Below are positions 30,589-39,935 of a stretch of 64,000 nucleotides of DNA, one piece after another. Under the pieces are notes generated by a model that had not been told where the DNA came from, did no database searches, and saw nothing but the letters and a program-made list of their open reading frames with translations. Origin of the DNA: Candidatus Hydrogenedentota bacterium (GTDB lineage: Bacteria > Hydrogenedentota > Hydrogenedentia > Hydrogenedentales > CAITNO01). Every line of letters starts with the position of its first letter. The stretch's first letter is position 1. The stretch lies in assembly GCA_012730105.1 (NCBI GenBank), contig JAAYBJ010000284.1, forward strand, positions 7,872 through 71,871. Direction: 5' to 3'. Both the position numbers and the translations under genes were made by a program.

Positions 30589-31467
30589 ATGGCTTTCAGC
30601 ATGACAGGATTCGCCCGGCAGGAAACGGAAATCTCGGGGGAAACGGCGGTAATCGAGATCAGCAGTGTAAACCATCGCTTTCTCGATCTGAGTTTGCGAC
30701 TGCCCAGCCAATGGTCGATTCTGGAACCCGCCTTGCGCGACATTGTCAAGACATTGATCTCACGGGGCAAGGTCTATATCTGTGTGCGGCATGGCAGAAG
30801 TCTCGGAATAGCCCCTCCCGTCCGGCTGGATGTGGAACGGGCCGGCGCGTATATTGAAGCGGCCCGCGAACTGATGCATCTTATGCGTTCCACGGATTCT
30901 ATGTCCCTGGACACATTGATCGCCCTGGACGGCGTGATTACCCCGATGGAAGAAGAAGTCGACCTGGAAAAGGTCAAGGAACAACTGAGTGCCGCGATCA
31001 GAACCGCGCTGCTTCAACTCAATGAAGTCCGCGCAAAAGAAGGCGCCGCGCTCCTGGCTGCCATCGCGGAACACCTGCGCAGCCTGGATTCCCTGGTGTG
31101 CAGGGTGGAAAAACGCGCCCCGGAACTGCTCACCCTGTACGAGGAAAAACTCCGGCAGCGTATAGCGGATATAAATGCGGAGGTGGGGGTAAAAGAAGAA
31201 CGGCTGTCCATGGAGGTGGCCATGATGGCCGACCGTATGGATGTCACAGAGGAACTTGTGCGGTTCAGGGCGCATATCGCGCACGCCCACGATATTCTCG
31301 CCTCCGAAGGTCCCGTGGGACGGGACCTTAATTTCCTGGTGCAGGAAATGCAGCGTGAAGCCAACACACTGGGTTCCAAACTGCGTGATGTGGAAGTCAG
31401 CCGGGATACCATAGAAATCAAAACCGAAATTGAAAAAATTCGGGAACAAGTCCAAAACCTCGAGTAG
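30589..31467 (+). CDS. yicC: YicC/YloC family endoribonuclease
   Basis: SMTGF, SVNHRFLD, GRDLNFLVQEMQREANTLGSK and EKIREQVQNLE motifs. Confidence 0.95.
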   Translation: MAFSMTGFARQETEISGETAVIEISSVNHRFLDLSLRLPSQWSILEPALRDIVKTLISRGKVYICVRHGRSLGIAPPVRLDVERAGAYIEAARELMHLMRSTDSMSLDTLIALDGVITPMEEEVDLEKVKEQLSAAIRTALLQLNEVRAKEGAALLAAIAEHLRSLDSLVCRVEKRAPELLTLYEEKLRQRIADINAEVGVKEERLSMEVAMMADRMDVTEELVRFRAHIAHAHDILASEGPVGRDLNFLVQEMQREANTLGSKLRDVEVSRDTIEIKTEIEKIREQVQNLE

Positions 31468-31479
31468 CCGGGAGAAGTC

Positions 31480-32046
31480 ATGGGAAGAGGTCTTGTCTTT
31501 GTGGTATCCGCACCTTCAGGAGCGGGGAAAAGTACCCTGTTGTCAATCGCCAGAAAACGTCTGCCCGACTTGGCCGTAACAGTATCCGCGACAACCCGTC
31601 AGCCACGGCCAGGCGAAAAAGACGGTGTGGATTATTATTTTCTTTCGCGGGAAGAATTTAGAAAAGCGATCGCACGAAACGCTTTCGCTGAATGGGCGGA
31701 AGTGCACGGCCAGTTTTATGGTACCTTCAAGTCGGAAATAGAGCGCCATATCGGGCAGAGCGGCACCATTGTCCTGGAACTTGATGTGCAAGGCATGCAA
31801 AGCATTAGAAGCCTGTATCCGGACATGGTTTCCATATTTATTGTGCCGCCAAGCCTGGAGGAACTCAAAAGCCGTCTCATTTCCCGGGGTACCAACGAGG
31901 AGGAAGATATTCGCCTGCGTCTGGCAAACGCTACACGGGAGATGGAGGCACAATCTGAATTTGACCATATCATCGTGAATGATGACGTCGAAAACGCCGC
32001 GACACAACTGGTCGCACTTTTCCAAACATCCCCCCAAGCGTCCTGA
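31480..32046 (+). CDS. gmk: Guanylate kinase
   Basis: SAPSGAGKST and SATTRQPRPGEKDGVDYYF motifs. Confidence 0.97.
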   Translation: MGRGLVFVVSAPSGAGKSTLLSIARKRLPDLAVTVSATTRQPRPGEKDGVDYYFLSREEFRKAIARNAFAEWAEVHGQFYGTFKSEIERHIGQSGTIVLELDVQGMQSIRSLYPDMVSIFIVPPSLEELKSRLISRGTNEEEDIRLRLANATREMEAQSEFDHIIVNDDVENAATQLVALFQTSPQAS

Positions 32047-32171
32047 AGCGATCGGGGCGGGAAATTCGGTTAATAAACGCTTTTGTGCTATACTACCGCC
32101 CATCGAATTCCATCCGAAAAGACGGATTGTCCGCCAAGCGCGGGTTCACGGTAAAGAACAGGAGTATTTTC

Positions 32172-32408
32172 ATGCCTTCACCCTATTGCGTAGATGATTT
32201 TAAAGAAAAATTCGACAGCCTCTACCGGCTTGTAATCGTGTCCTCCGCCAGAGCCATACATTTGGCCAAAAACGAACCGCGTGGTTTCGGTTCCGCTTTG
32301 CGCTCTCAAAAACCCACGATAAAGGCGCTGGAAGAAGTACTTGGAGGCAAGTTGTCTTATATTACCGCCGGGGAAGAAGAAGAAACCTTTGCAGAGTACG
32401 AAGACTAG
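32172..32408 (+). CDS. rpoZ: RNA polymerase omega subunit
   Basis: SLYRLVIVSSARA and KPTIKALEEV; canonical gmk-rpoZ-coaBC order; RBS AGGAG. Confidence 0.88.
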   Translation: MPSPYCVDDFKEKFDSLYRLVIVSSARAIHLAKNEPRGFGSALRSQKPTIKALEEVLGGKLSYITAGEEEETFAEYED

Positions 32409-32414
32409 TTTTAA

Positions 32415-33614
32415 ATGATGCCTTTTGCCGAAAAATCCGTTCTTTTGGGGGTGTGCGGCTCCATCGCGGCATACAAGGCATGTGACTTGGCTTCCAAGCT
32501 TCGGGAGCAGGGGGCTGAAGTGATATGCGCGCTTACGGCTTCCGCAAGACAGATTGTGCAGCCCGCCACTTTTGAAGCCCTTACCGGCACCCGGGCCATA
32601 ACGGATCTTTTTGTTCCTGCCGCCAATCCGGAAATCAGCCACATTGCCGTTGCCCAACGCGTTCATCTCTGTCTGATAGCGCCGGCCACAGCCAACATCA
32701 TCGCCAAAGCCGCAAACGGCCTTGCCGATGATTGGATCAGCACCACCTTGCTGGCGACACGGGCGCCCGTTCTTTTCGCCCCTGCCATGAATACCAACAT
32801 GTATACTCATGCCGCAACGCAGGAGAATATCAGAATCTTGCGGGAACGGGGCGCCTTGTTTGTGGGGCCGGCATCGGGAAGACTGGCCTGCGGCTCGGAA
32901 GGCCCCGGGCGCATGGCTGAAATTTCGGATATTCTTGATGCGGCCCTGATTGCAGCAAGCCAACAGAAAGATTACGCCGGTAAACGCGTCTTGATCAACA
33001 GCGGTCCAAATCACGAACCCATTGATCCCATGCGTTACCTGGGCAATTGTTCTTCAGGGAAAATGGGAAGGGCGCTTGCCCTTGAAGCGCTTCGCCGCGG
33101 CGCGGAAGTCTGCGTGGTCACCGGACCCGCAGCGGTTTCCCCGCCCCATGGCGCTCAAGTTATTTCTGTACAAACAGCGGAAGAAATGTACGAATCGGTA
33201 ATGCTGCGTATGGACAGTTATGACATTATCATCGGCGCCGCCGCTGTCGCGGACTACACGCCGGAAACAGTCACACCGGAAAAGATCAAACGGCAGGAAA
33301 AAGACTTGCTTCTTCGTTTGCGGCCGAATCGCGATATCATCGCCTCAGTTGCCGCCCGCAAAACGCCGAATCAACGGGTCGTGGGATTTGCCGCAGAAAC
33401 AGGCGATATTCTTAAGAATGCCGAAGAAAAACTGAGCCGGAAACAACTGGACATGATTATCGCCAATGTTATCGGCGGTGATTCCTGTGCCGTTGGCTCG
33501 GACCGGGGAGATGCGTATATTCTGACGCAAAATCAAGTTGCTGAACACTTGGAAAACATTGATAAAAATTTGCTGGCCAAGTGTATTTTTGACCATTTAG
33601 CGGCTCTGGATTGA
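32415..33614 (+). CDS. coaBC: Phosphopantothenoylcysteine decarboxylase/ligase
   Basis: GSIAAYKA, PATANIIAK, PAMNTNM, SSGKMG and GFAAET motifs. Confidence 0.96.
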   Translation: MMPFAEKSVLLGVCGSIAAYKACDLASKLREQGAEVICALTASARQIVQPATFEALTGTRAITDLFVPAANPEISHIAVAQRVHLCLIAPATANIIAKAANGLADDWISTTLLATRAPVLFAPAMNTNMYTHAATQENIRILRERGALFVGPASGRLACGSEGPGRMAEISDILDAALIAASQQKDYAGKRVLINSGPNHEPIDPMRYLGNCSSGKMGRALALEALRRGAEVCVVTGPAAVSPPHGAQVISVQTAEEMYESVMLRMDSYDIIIGAAAVADYTPETVTPEKIKRQEKDLLLRLRPNRDIIASVAARKTPNQRVVGFAAETGDILKNAEEKLSRKQLDMIIANVIGGDSCAVGSDRGDAYILTQNQVAEHLENIDKNLLAKCIFDHLAALD

Positions 33615-33704
33615 TGCTTTCGCCCTTTCTCCGTCGGAATTTGAGGCAGGTATCTTAAGGGCCTTAAGCATTCAAAGTTTGTTCCAGTACTACGATAGGG
33701 AGTA

Positions 33705-34691
33705 ATGAAAATGCGTTTCGTCGTTATATTCGCCTTGTGTATGTTGTTCGGTGCTTTGTTTACAACAGCCGAAGAAACCAAAACAGCCGCGACCGAGAAG
33801 TCACTTGTGGAACGTCTGGGTTTCGCCCCGGACGCGAGGGTGCTTATTGTCAACGGCGACGATTTTGGCATGAATCATGCCACGAATGAAGGTACGCTGA
33901 AAGCGCTAAAGAACGGTGCCCTGACCTCTTCCACCATCATGGTATGCTGTCCCTGGTTTGAAGAGGCGGCGGATATGGCCAGAAAAAATCCCAAGGCCAA
34001 TCTGGGCGTACACACAACGCTCACCAGCGAATGGGGGCGGTACAAATGGGGCCCTGTGCTCGGGTGTTCCGCGGTTCCGAGCCTCTGCACGGACAAAGGC
34101 TACTTCCACGGAGAGGTCTTCGATATTTACGCCACATCCAGCCTGGATGAAGCGGAAAAGGAAGTGCGGGCCCAGATTGACAAAATGTTGGCGGCGGGCA
34201 TCGATGTAACCCATATTGATTCCCACATGGGGGCGATGCAATACGATGCCGTATATCATGAACGTTATATCCGCATAGCCGATTCTTACGATCTGCCCTG
34301 CCGCCTTCCGGGCAGGGATATGCTGCTCGCCCTTGGACAGGAACACCTGCTTGACCTTGCTAAAGAACTCAACGTCCTGGGCCCGGAAGTGCTGTACATG
34401 GGCGACCCGGACTCTATTGAAGGGACTGAAGCCTGGTTCAAAGATCGCATCAGCAATATTGAAAAAGGCAAGGTAAGCGAAATGTATATCCATTGCGCCG
34501 TGGATGCGCCGGAAATGCATGCCACAACCGGTTCCACACAACGGAGGGTGGCCGACACGGAGTTCTTCAGCGATCCGGCTACTATGACTTGGATTCGTGA
34601 ACAGGGGATTGAATTGATCAGTTACCGTGAACTCCGCGAACTTCAGAGAACCGGCAAAGCGCTTCCCCGCGTTTCACACTACGGGTGGTAA
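33705..34691 (+). CDS. Secreted YdjC/ChbG-family carbohydrate deacetylase
   Basis: NGDDFG, GVHTTLTSEW and THIDSHMG motifs; signal peptide. Confidence 0.85.
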   Translation: MKMRFVVIFALCMLFGALFTTAEETKTAATEKSLVERLGFAPDARVLIVNGDDFGMNHATNEGTLKALKNGALTSSTIMVCCPWFEEAADMARKNPKANLGVHTTLTSEWGRYKWGPVLGCSAVPSLCTDKGYFHGEVFDIYATSSLDEAEKEVRAQIDKMLAAGIDVTHIDSHMGAMQYDAVYHERYIRIADSYDLPCRLPGRDMLLALGQEHLLDLAKELNVLGPEVLYMGDPDSIEGTEAWFKDRISNIEKGKVSEMYIHCAVDAPEMHATTGSTQRRVADTEFFSDPATMTWIREQGIELISYRELRELQRTGKALPRVSHYGW

Positions 34692-34790
34692 CAAACAAAC
34701 TGTCGTTTACCAATCCCTCCCTACACTGGACGCAATGGGGGGGCCCGCACTTTCCCGGCGTGAACTTCGTCTCAGGCGGAAAACGTGTTT

Positions 34791-36197
34791 CTATGAACGT
34801 ATCATCTTGGTGAGTTGATCGATTCTCTGGCGTGCCGCCCGATCGTTTTCCGCATGGTGAGACATTTTGTCACAGGCATACAGCACAGTCGTATGGTCCC
34901 GCCCGCCAAAGTGTTCGCCCACATCGCTCAGGGACAGCCCCGGGACCAGGGTCTTGCAGAGATACATCGCCAGTTGCCGCGGGTAGACCACCTGTTGTTT
35001 GCGGCTTTTCCCGCGCAAATCCGCAATACGCACGTCAAAGTGTTCCGCCACGGCGCGTTGTATCTGTTCCACGGTAATGGGCCTGATCTTTTCGCTGCCG
35101 ATAAGATCCCGCAACACATTTTCCACCATGGCCAGCGTAATCTTTTGCTCGGTCAATTTACTGTACGCGTATACGGTAATCAACGCGCCTTCGAGTTCCC
35201 TGATATTCGTGGTGATATAGGTTGCGATATACCGCAGCACCTCTGAGGGAACATTGATATTGTCCATCTTCGCCTTGTTTTGCAAAATGGCGATGCGCGT
35301 CTCCAAATCCGGAGGCTGGATATCCGTGACGAGTCCCCACTCGAACCGCGACACCAAACGCTGTTCAATACCCTCGATCTCCTTGGGACTGCGGTCACTG
35401 GAGATCACAATCTGTTTGTGTGCGTCAAACAGCGCATTAAAGGTGTGAAAGAACTCTTCCTGCGTCGCCTCCTTGCCGGAGATGAAATGTATATCATCGA
35501 TAAGGAGCATATCCACGCGTCTGTATTTCGCACGGAAACGCTGGGTGTCCTTTTCGGCGATGCTCTGGATCAGCTCATTCGTAAACGCTTCGGAAGAAAG
35601 GAAAACGACCTTGGAACTCGGATCCGCCGCAAGCAACCATTGGCCCACGGCCTGCATCAAATGGGTTTTCCCCAGCCCGGTGCCCCCGTATAAAAACAGG
35701 GGATTATACGCGCGTCCAGGGGATTGGACAACCGCTTTCGCGGCCGCGTGCGCGAAGCGGTTCCCGTTGCCGATCACAAAGCGATCAAACGTGTACTTCG
35801 GGTTAAACCCCGGATAACTCTGTTTTGTTCTGCCCGCGTGTTGTCGAGACGGAGTAGACGAAACCGACGGAACTGATCTACTGTTTTTTTTCTCAGAAGC
35901 GGGGGAACCGGACTCGGCATAGGGCATATACTTGACGGTTTTGAGCGCGGGCTCTTCACGCCTCAACGCTTCCAGTACGGCTTCCTGATAGTGGTCTTCA
36001 AGCCAATTCGCAAAAAAAGTGCTGGGCACACGGACCGTAATCACCCCTTCGTGATACCCATCATACGATGTTTGCAGGAACCAGTTTTTGTAGCTGTATT
36101 CATCAAGTGTATCGCGTAAATGTATTTGTGCCCGATCCCAGAGATTATCATGTATTCCATTAACTTTTGCATTTCCAGTCTGCATCAGTTCATTCAT
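34791..36197 (-). CDS. dnaA: Chromosomal replication initiator DnaA
   Basis: YNPLFLYGGTGLGKTHL, LLIDDIHF, QEEFFHTFN, NIRELEGAL and GGRDHTTVLYA motifs. Confidence 0.97.
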   Translation of the reverse strand: MNELMQTGNAKVNGIHDNLWDRAQIHLRDTLDEYSYKNWFLQTSYDGYHEGVITVRVPSTFFANWLEDHYQEAVLEALRREEPALKTVKYMPYAESGSPASEKKNSRSVPSVSSTPSRQHAGRTKQSYPGFNPKYTFDRFVIGNGNRFAHAAAKAVVQSPGRAYNPLFLYGGTGLGKTHLMQAVGQWLLAADPSSKVVFLSSEAFTNELIQSIAEKDTQRFRAKYRRVDMLLIDDIHFISGKEATQEEFFHTFNALFDAHKQIVISSDRSPKEIEGIEQRLVSRFEWGLVTDIQPPDLETRIAILQNKAKMDNINVPSEVLRYIATYITTNIRELEGALITVYAYSKLTEQKITLAMVENVLRDLIGSEKIRPITVEQIQRAVAEHFDVRIADLRGKSRKQQVVYPRQLAMYLCKTLVPGLSLSDVGEHFGGRDHTTVLYACDKMSHHAENDRAARQRIDQLTKMIRS

Positions 36198-36481
36198 GAA
36201 TAAACCACCCTTCATTCAAAAAAATTTATAAAAAAGGCGAATGAAACACCAATACCCAGCAAATAAACAGAATTCCAGAGAGAACAAACCGTTTAATTCC
36301 CGCCTGATGGCGGTACTCCCATCCCGATCCACGGGGAATAAAGCGTTCAAAATATCTTTCGCCCGAGGCGTCAAAAACGCCAGAAAATCAGCCCCGCCCC
36401 GGACGGCAACACCGAACACACAAAACTTTTATAGTATGAGTTTGCACCAACTCCATGATGCTTGTCAAGGCATTCTGCAAG

Positions 36482-36883
36482 TTATTGCTGCATAAGCTTT
36501 TTGGCGCGTTCCCAATACGCGTCCAATCTCTCTGTGGAGCAACTTTCCAAAGACACGCCCTCCTGGCTCGCTATTTTCCTTACACATTCAAGGCGTTTTT
36601 GAAAACGGGACGTGGTTTTATCAAGGGATTCTATCGGGTCAACACCCAAGAAACGCGCCACGCTGAAGGCCGCAAAAAGCAGGTCGCCTAGTTCCTCTCC
36701 GGCGTGAACAACATTATCTTCACGAACAGCCGACTCGAGTTCTTCCAACTCCTCCCTTACCTTATCCAGGACACCATAAATGTCGGGCCAGTCAAATCCC
36801 GTCGCCGCCGCATTATATTGAATTTGTATGGCAGTCCTCACCGGGCAGGCTGAATTTTTACTTACACAGAAAAGATCTGGCAT
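36482..36883 (-). CDS. MazG-like nucleotide pyrophosphohydrolase, single (C-terminal type) domain
   Basis: AATGFDW, KVREELEEL and EELGDLLFA motifs; only 133 aa. Confidence 0.75.
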   Translation of the reverse strand: MPDLFCVSKNSACPVRTAIQIQYNAAATGFDWPDIYGVLDKVREELEELESAVREDNVVHAGEELGDLLFAAFSVARFLGVDPIESLDKTTSRFQKRLECVRKIASQEGVSLESCSTERLDAYWERAKKLMQQ

Positions 36884-37179
36884 GATTAACCCTTACAACA
36901 GTATTAATCCGATTTCCGTTCTGATTGTTCTCCCCGCGCGTAACCGTTTCGCGAAAAAGATAAGAGGGCGCACATGCGCCTTTCATGAGGGTAGAATGTT
37001 AAAAAATTCAAGAAACGTGAAATGCTACAGAAAAAGTATGATACACTATTGGTACGATCATGCAAAACGTCAAGGAGCAAAGCATTGTAGATCTATCTCT
37101 TAGCGTTGCATAAACTTGCAGAAACGTTGTCTTTCGGAACACCGAGAAGCCCGCACAAGGATAAAAAAGGACTTTTCCA

Positions 37180-37806
37180 ATGGCTAAATCAATTCAAGAG
37201 TTGATTCAGGAACTGAATGACAAAACCGCCGGGTGGGCAACGCGACGCGATGCCGTGGAAACCTTGGGCAAGTACGCCCATCGCCTTGTAACGGAACTGC
37301 TGAACCATCAGCAGGAAGAAGACATGGATGTCCAGATGGAAGTAGAGCGCAGCCTGCAACCGCTTCATGTTCTGCTCGAAACCCCCGGCAAAACGCAAAA
37401 ACAGTATACGCTCCGGGAACTGGCGCTTGCCTGCGAAAGACATGGCCATCGCACTGTGGACACCTATAAGACCGGATTCGTAGTCACCGTAAAATTAGAG
37501 GAGGGCCGAAGCCATCGTGTCTACATCATGCCCAACAAATCAACAGAAAGCAAAAAAATCATCCGACTATTTACGCTCTGCGGGGAGGCTTCCCCTGAAA
37601 TGCTTTCCTGGGCCCTTAAGGCCAATGCGAAATTGACACATGCCGCATTCTCGATATTGACGTTTGATGACGAGGAACAATTGGCAATCATTAATAATAT
37701 TCTCAAAGAGGATGCCACACCGGCACTAATCAAGCGTGGTGTCAAGGAAATGGCGTTTTACGGTGACTGGCTGGAAGAGAAGTTAAGCGACAGGGACATC
37801 CTTTGA
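37180..37806 (+). CDS. Hypothetical protein: N-terminal HEAT-like repeat plus YbjN/T3SS-chaperone-like domain
   Basis: LIQELND...WATRRDAVETLGK (HEAT-like), then GRSHRVYI...RLFTLCG...ALKANAKL...GDWLEEKL. Confidence 0.55.
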   Translation: MAKSIQELIQELNDKTAGWATRRDAVETLGKYAHRLVTELLNHQQEEDMDVQMEVERSLQPLHVLLETPGKTQKQYTLRELALACERHGHRTVDTYKTGFVVTVKLEEGRSHRVYIMPNKSTESKKIIRLFTLCGEASPEMLSWALKANAKLTHAAFSILTFDDEEQLAIINNILKEDATPALIKRGVKEMAFYGDWLEEKLSDRDIL

Positions 37807-37852
37807 GTGTATTACCACGCGCTGATGCGCGGTAGCGCGAAAAAGGGCTTTC

Positions 37853-38371
37853 GTGAAAATGGCGGAAATCAATCCTGATGTAACAGTCCTGTGTTTTGAG
37901 GAAAGTGGGGGCGCCCTTCACCCTGACGGTGATTATTCCGGCCGGGATCTTAGCGGTATGGATTTATCCGGGGCTAATTTGTGCGGCGCCAATTTTTCAA
38001 ATGCGAAACTATGCAACGCGTGCTTGAAGGGAGCGCGTTTGACCGGCGCAATCTTTGAAAACGCCGATCTGACCGGTGCCGATATCGAACTCGCGATTCT
38101 AGGCGGCGCGAATCTGGTCAGGGCGAAACTTATTCGCGCGAACCTGAAACGTGCCAACCTGGTTGGGGTACGGGCAGATCATGCCGATTTCACGGAGGCG
38201 GATCTTTATTATTCCCGACCCGGAAACGGATGCTTCGTACAAGCCGTATTCCAAAACGCTTCTCTTGAACGGGCGATTTTTCGCCGGGCAAATCTTCGCA
38301 ATGCCGACATGCGCGGTATTCAGGGGCAGGCAAATTTTGAGAATGCCATTCTGGAAGGGGTTAAAAGATGA
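37853..38371 (+). CDS. Pentapeptide repeat protein
   Basis: Tandem A(D/N)(L/F)xx repeats (DLSGM, DLSGA, NLCGA, NFSNA...). Confidence 0.9.
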   Translation: MKMAEINPDVTVLCFEESGGALHPDGDYSGRDLSGMDLSGANLCGANFSNAKLCNACLKGARLTGAIFENADLTGADIELAILGGANLVRAKLIRANLKRANLVGVRADHADFTEADLYYSRPGNGCFVQAVFQNASLERAIFRRANLRNADMRGIQGQANFENAILEGVKR

Positions 38372-38928
38372 TTTTCGCGCATTTTTTAACCGATGTAAAC
38401 GAGGCCAATATGTTTCTGGTGGCATGCCCGGCGAGTAAAAAGGCGCTCCTTGTGGATGCCGCCTGCGGTGACCCGCGCCTTGACCTGTTTCTGAAAAAAC
38501 ATGGTCTTTCCCTCGAGGCCCTGTTTATTACGCATGATCATTATGACCATACAAACGGGGCGAGTGAAATTGTAAGAAGATATGGGGTTGAACTGTATGC
38601 GGGGCAGGCGCAAGTGGCCGGAATAAAAACCAGTGTGGTTCGCCTGAATGACAAAATAATCTGCGGCTCAATTGAGGGCAGGGTGGTGGAGTTACCCGGT
38701 CATACACCAACGTCTCTGGGACTGGTATTGCCCGGAATGGTATTTACGGGCGACGCGCTTTTTGCCGGCAGCATCGGCGGGGTTGCGAATGAACAAGACC
38801 GCGACCTGGAAACCGGAAAGATACGGCAACATATATTCACCCTTCCCGATGACTACCTGATCCATACAGGCCACGGTCCTTCAAGCACGGTATATGTCGA
38901 GAAAACCTACAATCCCTTTTTCGTCTGA
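38368..38928 (+). CDS. MBL-fold metallo-hydrolase (glyoxalase II-like)
   Basis: THDHYDH, PGHT, FTGDALF, GHG and NPF motifs. Confidence 0.9.
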   Translation: MIFAHFLTDVNEANMFLVACPASKKALLVDAACGDPRLDLFLKKHGLSLEALFITHDHYDHTNGASEIVRRYGVELYAGQAQVAGIKTSVVRLNDKIICGSIEGRVVELPGHTPTSLGLVLPGMVFTGDALFAGSIGGVANEQDRDLETGKIRQHIFTLPDDYLIHTGHGPSSTVYVEKTYNPFFV

Positions 38929-38934
38929 AAGCGC

Positions 38935-39831
38935 TTATTCGATGGGGGTAAACAAGGCCAGGGAACGGCAGATTTGCGCTGTCGCCCGCGATTTGTTCAG
39001 AACATAAAAATGGATGCCGGGCGCTCCCTGGGCGATCAATTCTTCCGCCTGGCGGGCGGCGTAGTACACTCCCACCGCATATTGGCCCTCATCATCATCG
39101 TTATGCACCTCCAAACGGCGCAGTAATTTCGGACTGAGACGGGTACCGCACATACGGGTAAGCCGCTGTATTTGGGTCAGGTTGGTTACGGGCAAAATGC
39201 CTGGAATTATCGGCACATCGATGCCGATTTCGACACAACGGTCCCGAAACCTGAAATAGTCGCTGTTTTCAAAGAACAATTGGGTAACAATGACATCCGC
39301 GCCCGCGTCCACCTTACGTTTCAGGTTATCAAGATCAACCGCCGAAGAGGGAGCCTCGGGATGGGTTTCCGGATATCCTGCAACAGCGATGCCCAGTTCA
39401 GGAAATTCATCGCGTATCAGGCAGACCAACTCATTGGCATGGCTCAATCCTCCCGGAACAGGAGTAAATGCGGTCGCATCCCGCGGCGGATCACCGCGCA
39501 AAGCGACAATGTGATTAATTCCCAACGCCAATGCGTTTTTTATATATTGGACCAATTCATCCCGGGTGCTTCCCACACAGGTAAGGTGGGAAGCCAGTGG
39601 TATGCCGGGGTATTGCCCATGTATCTGGGATAATATATCCAAGGTTCGCTCGCGCGTACCGCCACCGGCGCCATAGGTGCATGTAATATACGCCGGCCTG
39701 CAATTTACCAATTCACGCAAATGTTCAAAAAGACTTCGCCTGCCTTCCTCCGTTTTGGGCGGAAACAGTTCAAACGAAATCACGGGCCTGCCCGACGCAT
39801 ACAACGTTTGCAAATTGACGTTCACCACCAA
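38935..39831 (-). CDS. metF: 5,10-methylenetetrahydrofolate reductase
   Basis: SFELFPPK, TYGAGG, HLTCVG, ALRGDPP, TQLFF and HFYVLN motifs. Confidence 0.96.
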   Translation of the reverse strand: MVVNVNLQTLYASGRPVISFELFPPKTEEGRRSLFEHLRELVNCRPAYITCTYGAGGGTRERTLDILSQIHGQYPGIPLASHLTCVGSTRDELVQYIKNALALGINHIVALRGDPPRDATAFTPVPGGLSHANELVCLIRDEFPELGIAVAGYPETHPEAPSSAVDLDNLKRKVDAGADVIVTQLFFENSDYFRFRDRCVEIGIDVPIIPGILPVTNLTQIQRLTRMCGTRLSPKLLRRLEVHNDDDEGQYAVGVYYAARQAEELIAQGAPGIHFYVLNKSRATAQICRSLALFTPIE

Positions 39832-39935
39832 TACTTCCTTTTCTTGACACGTTTATCGACGTTCATCAGTGTATAACCGAAATCTATTTTAAAGAGAAAA
39901 GCCTCCTGTCCCCAAAGCAGTTCTTATTTACAACC

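Noticed and set aside
33655..33669. Palindrome CTTAAGG-G-CCTTAAG upstream of the deacetylase gene
   Set aside because: A single short instance with no supporting regulator or second copy; it could be chance.
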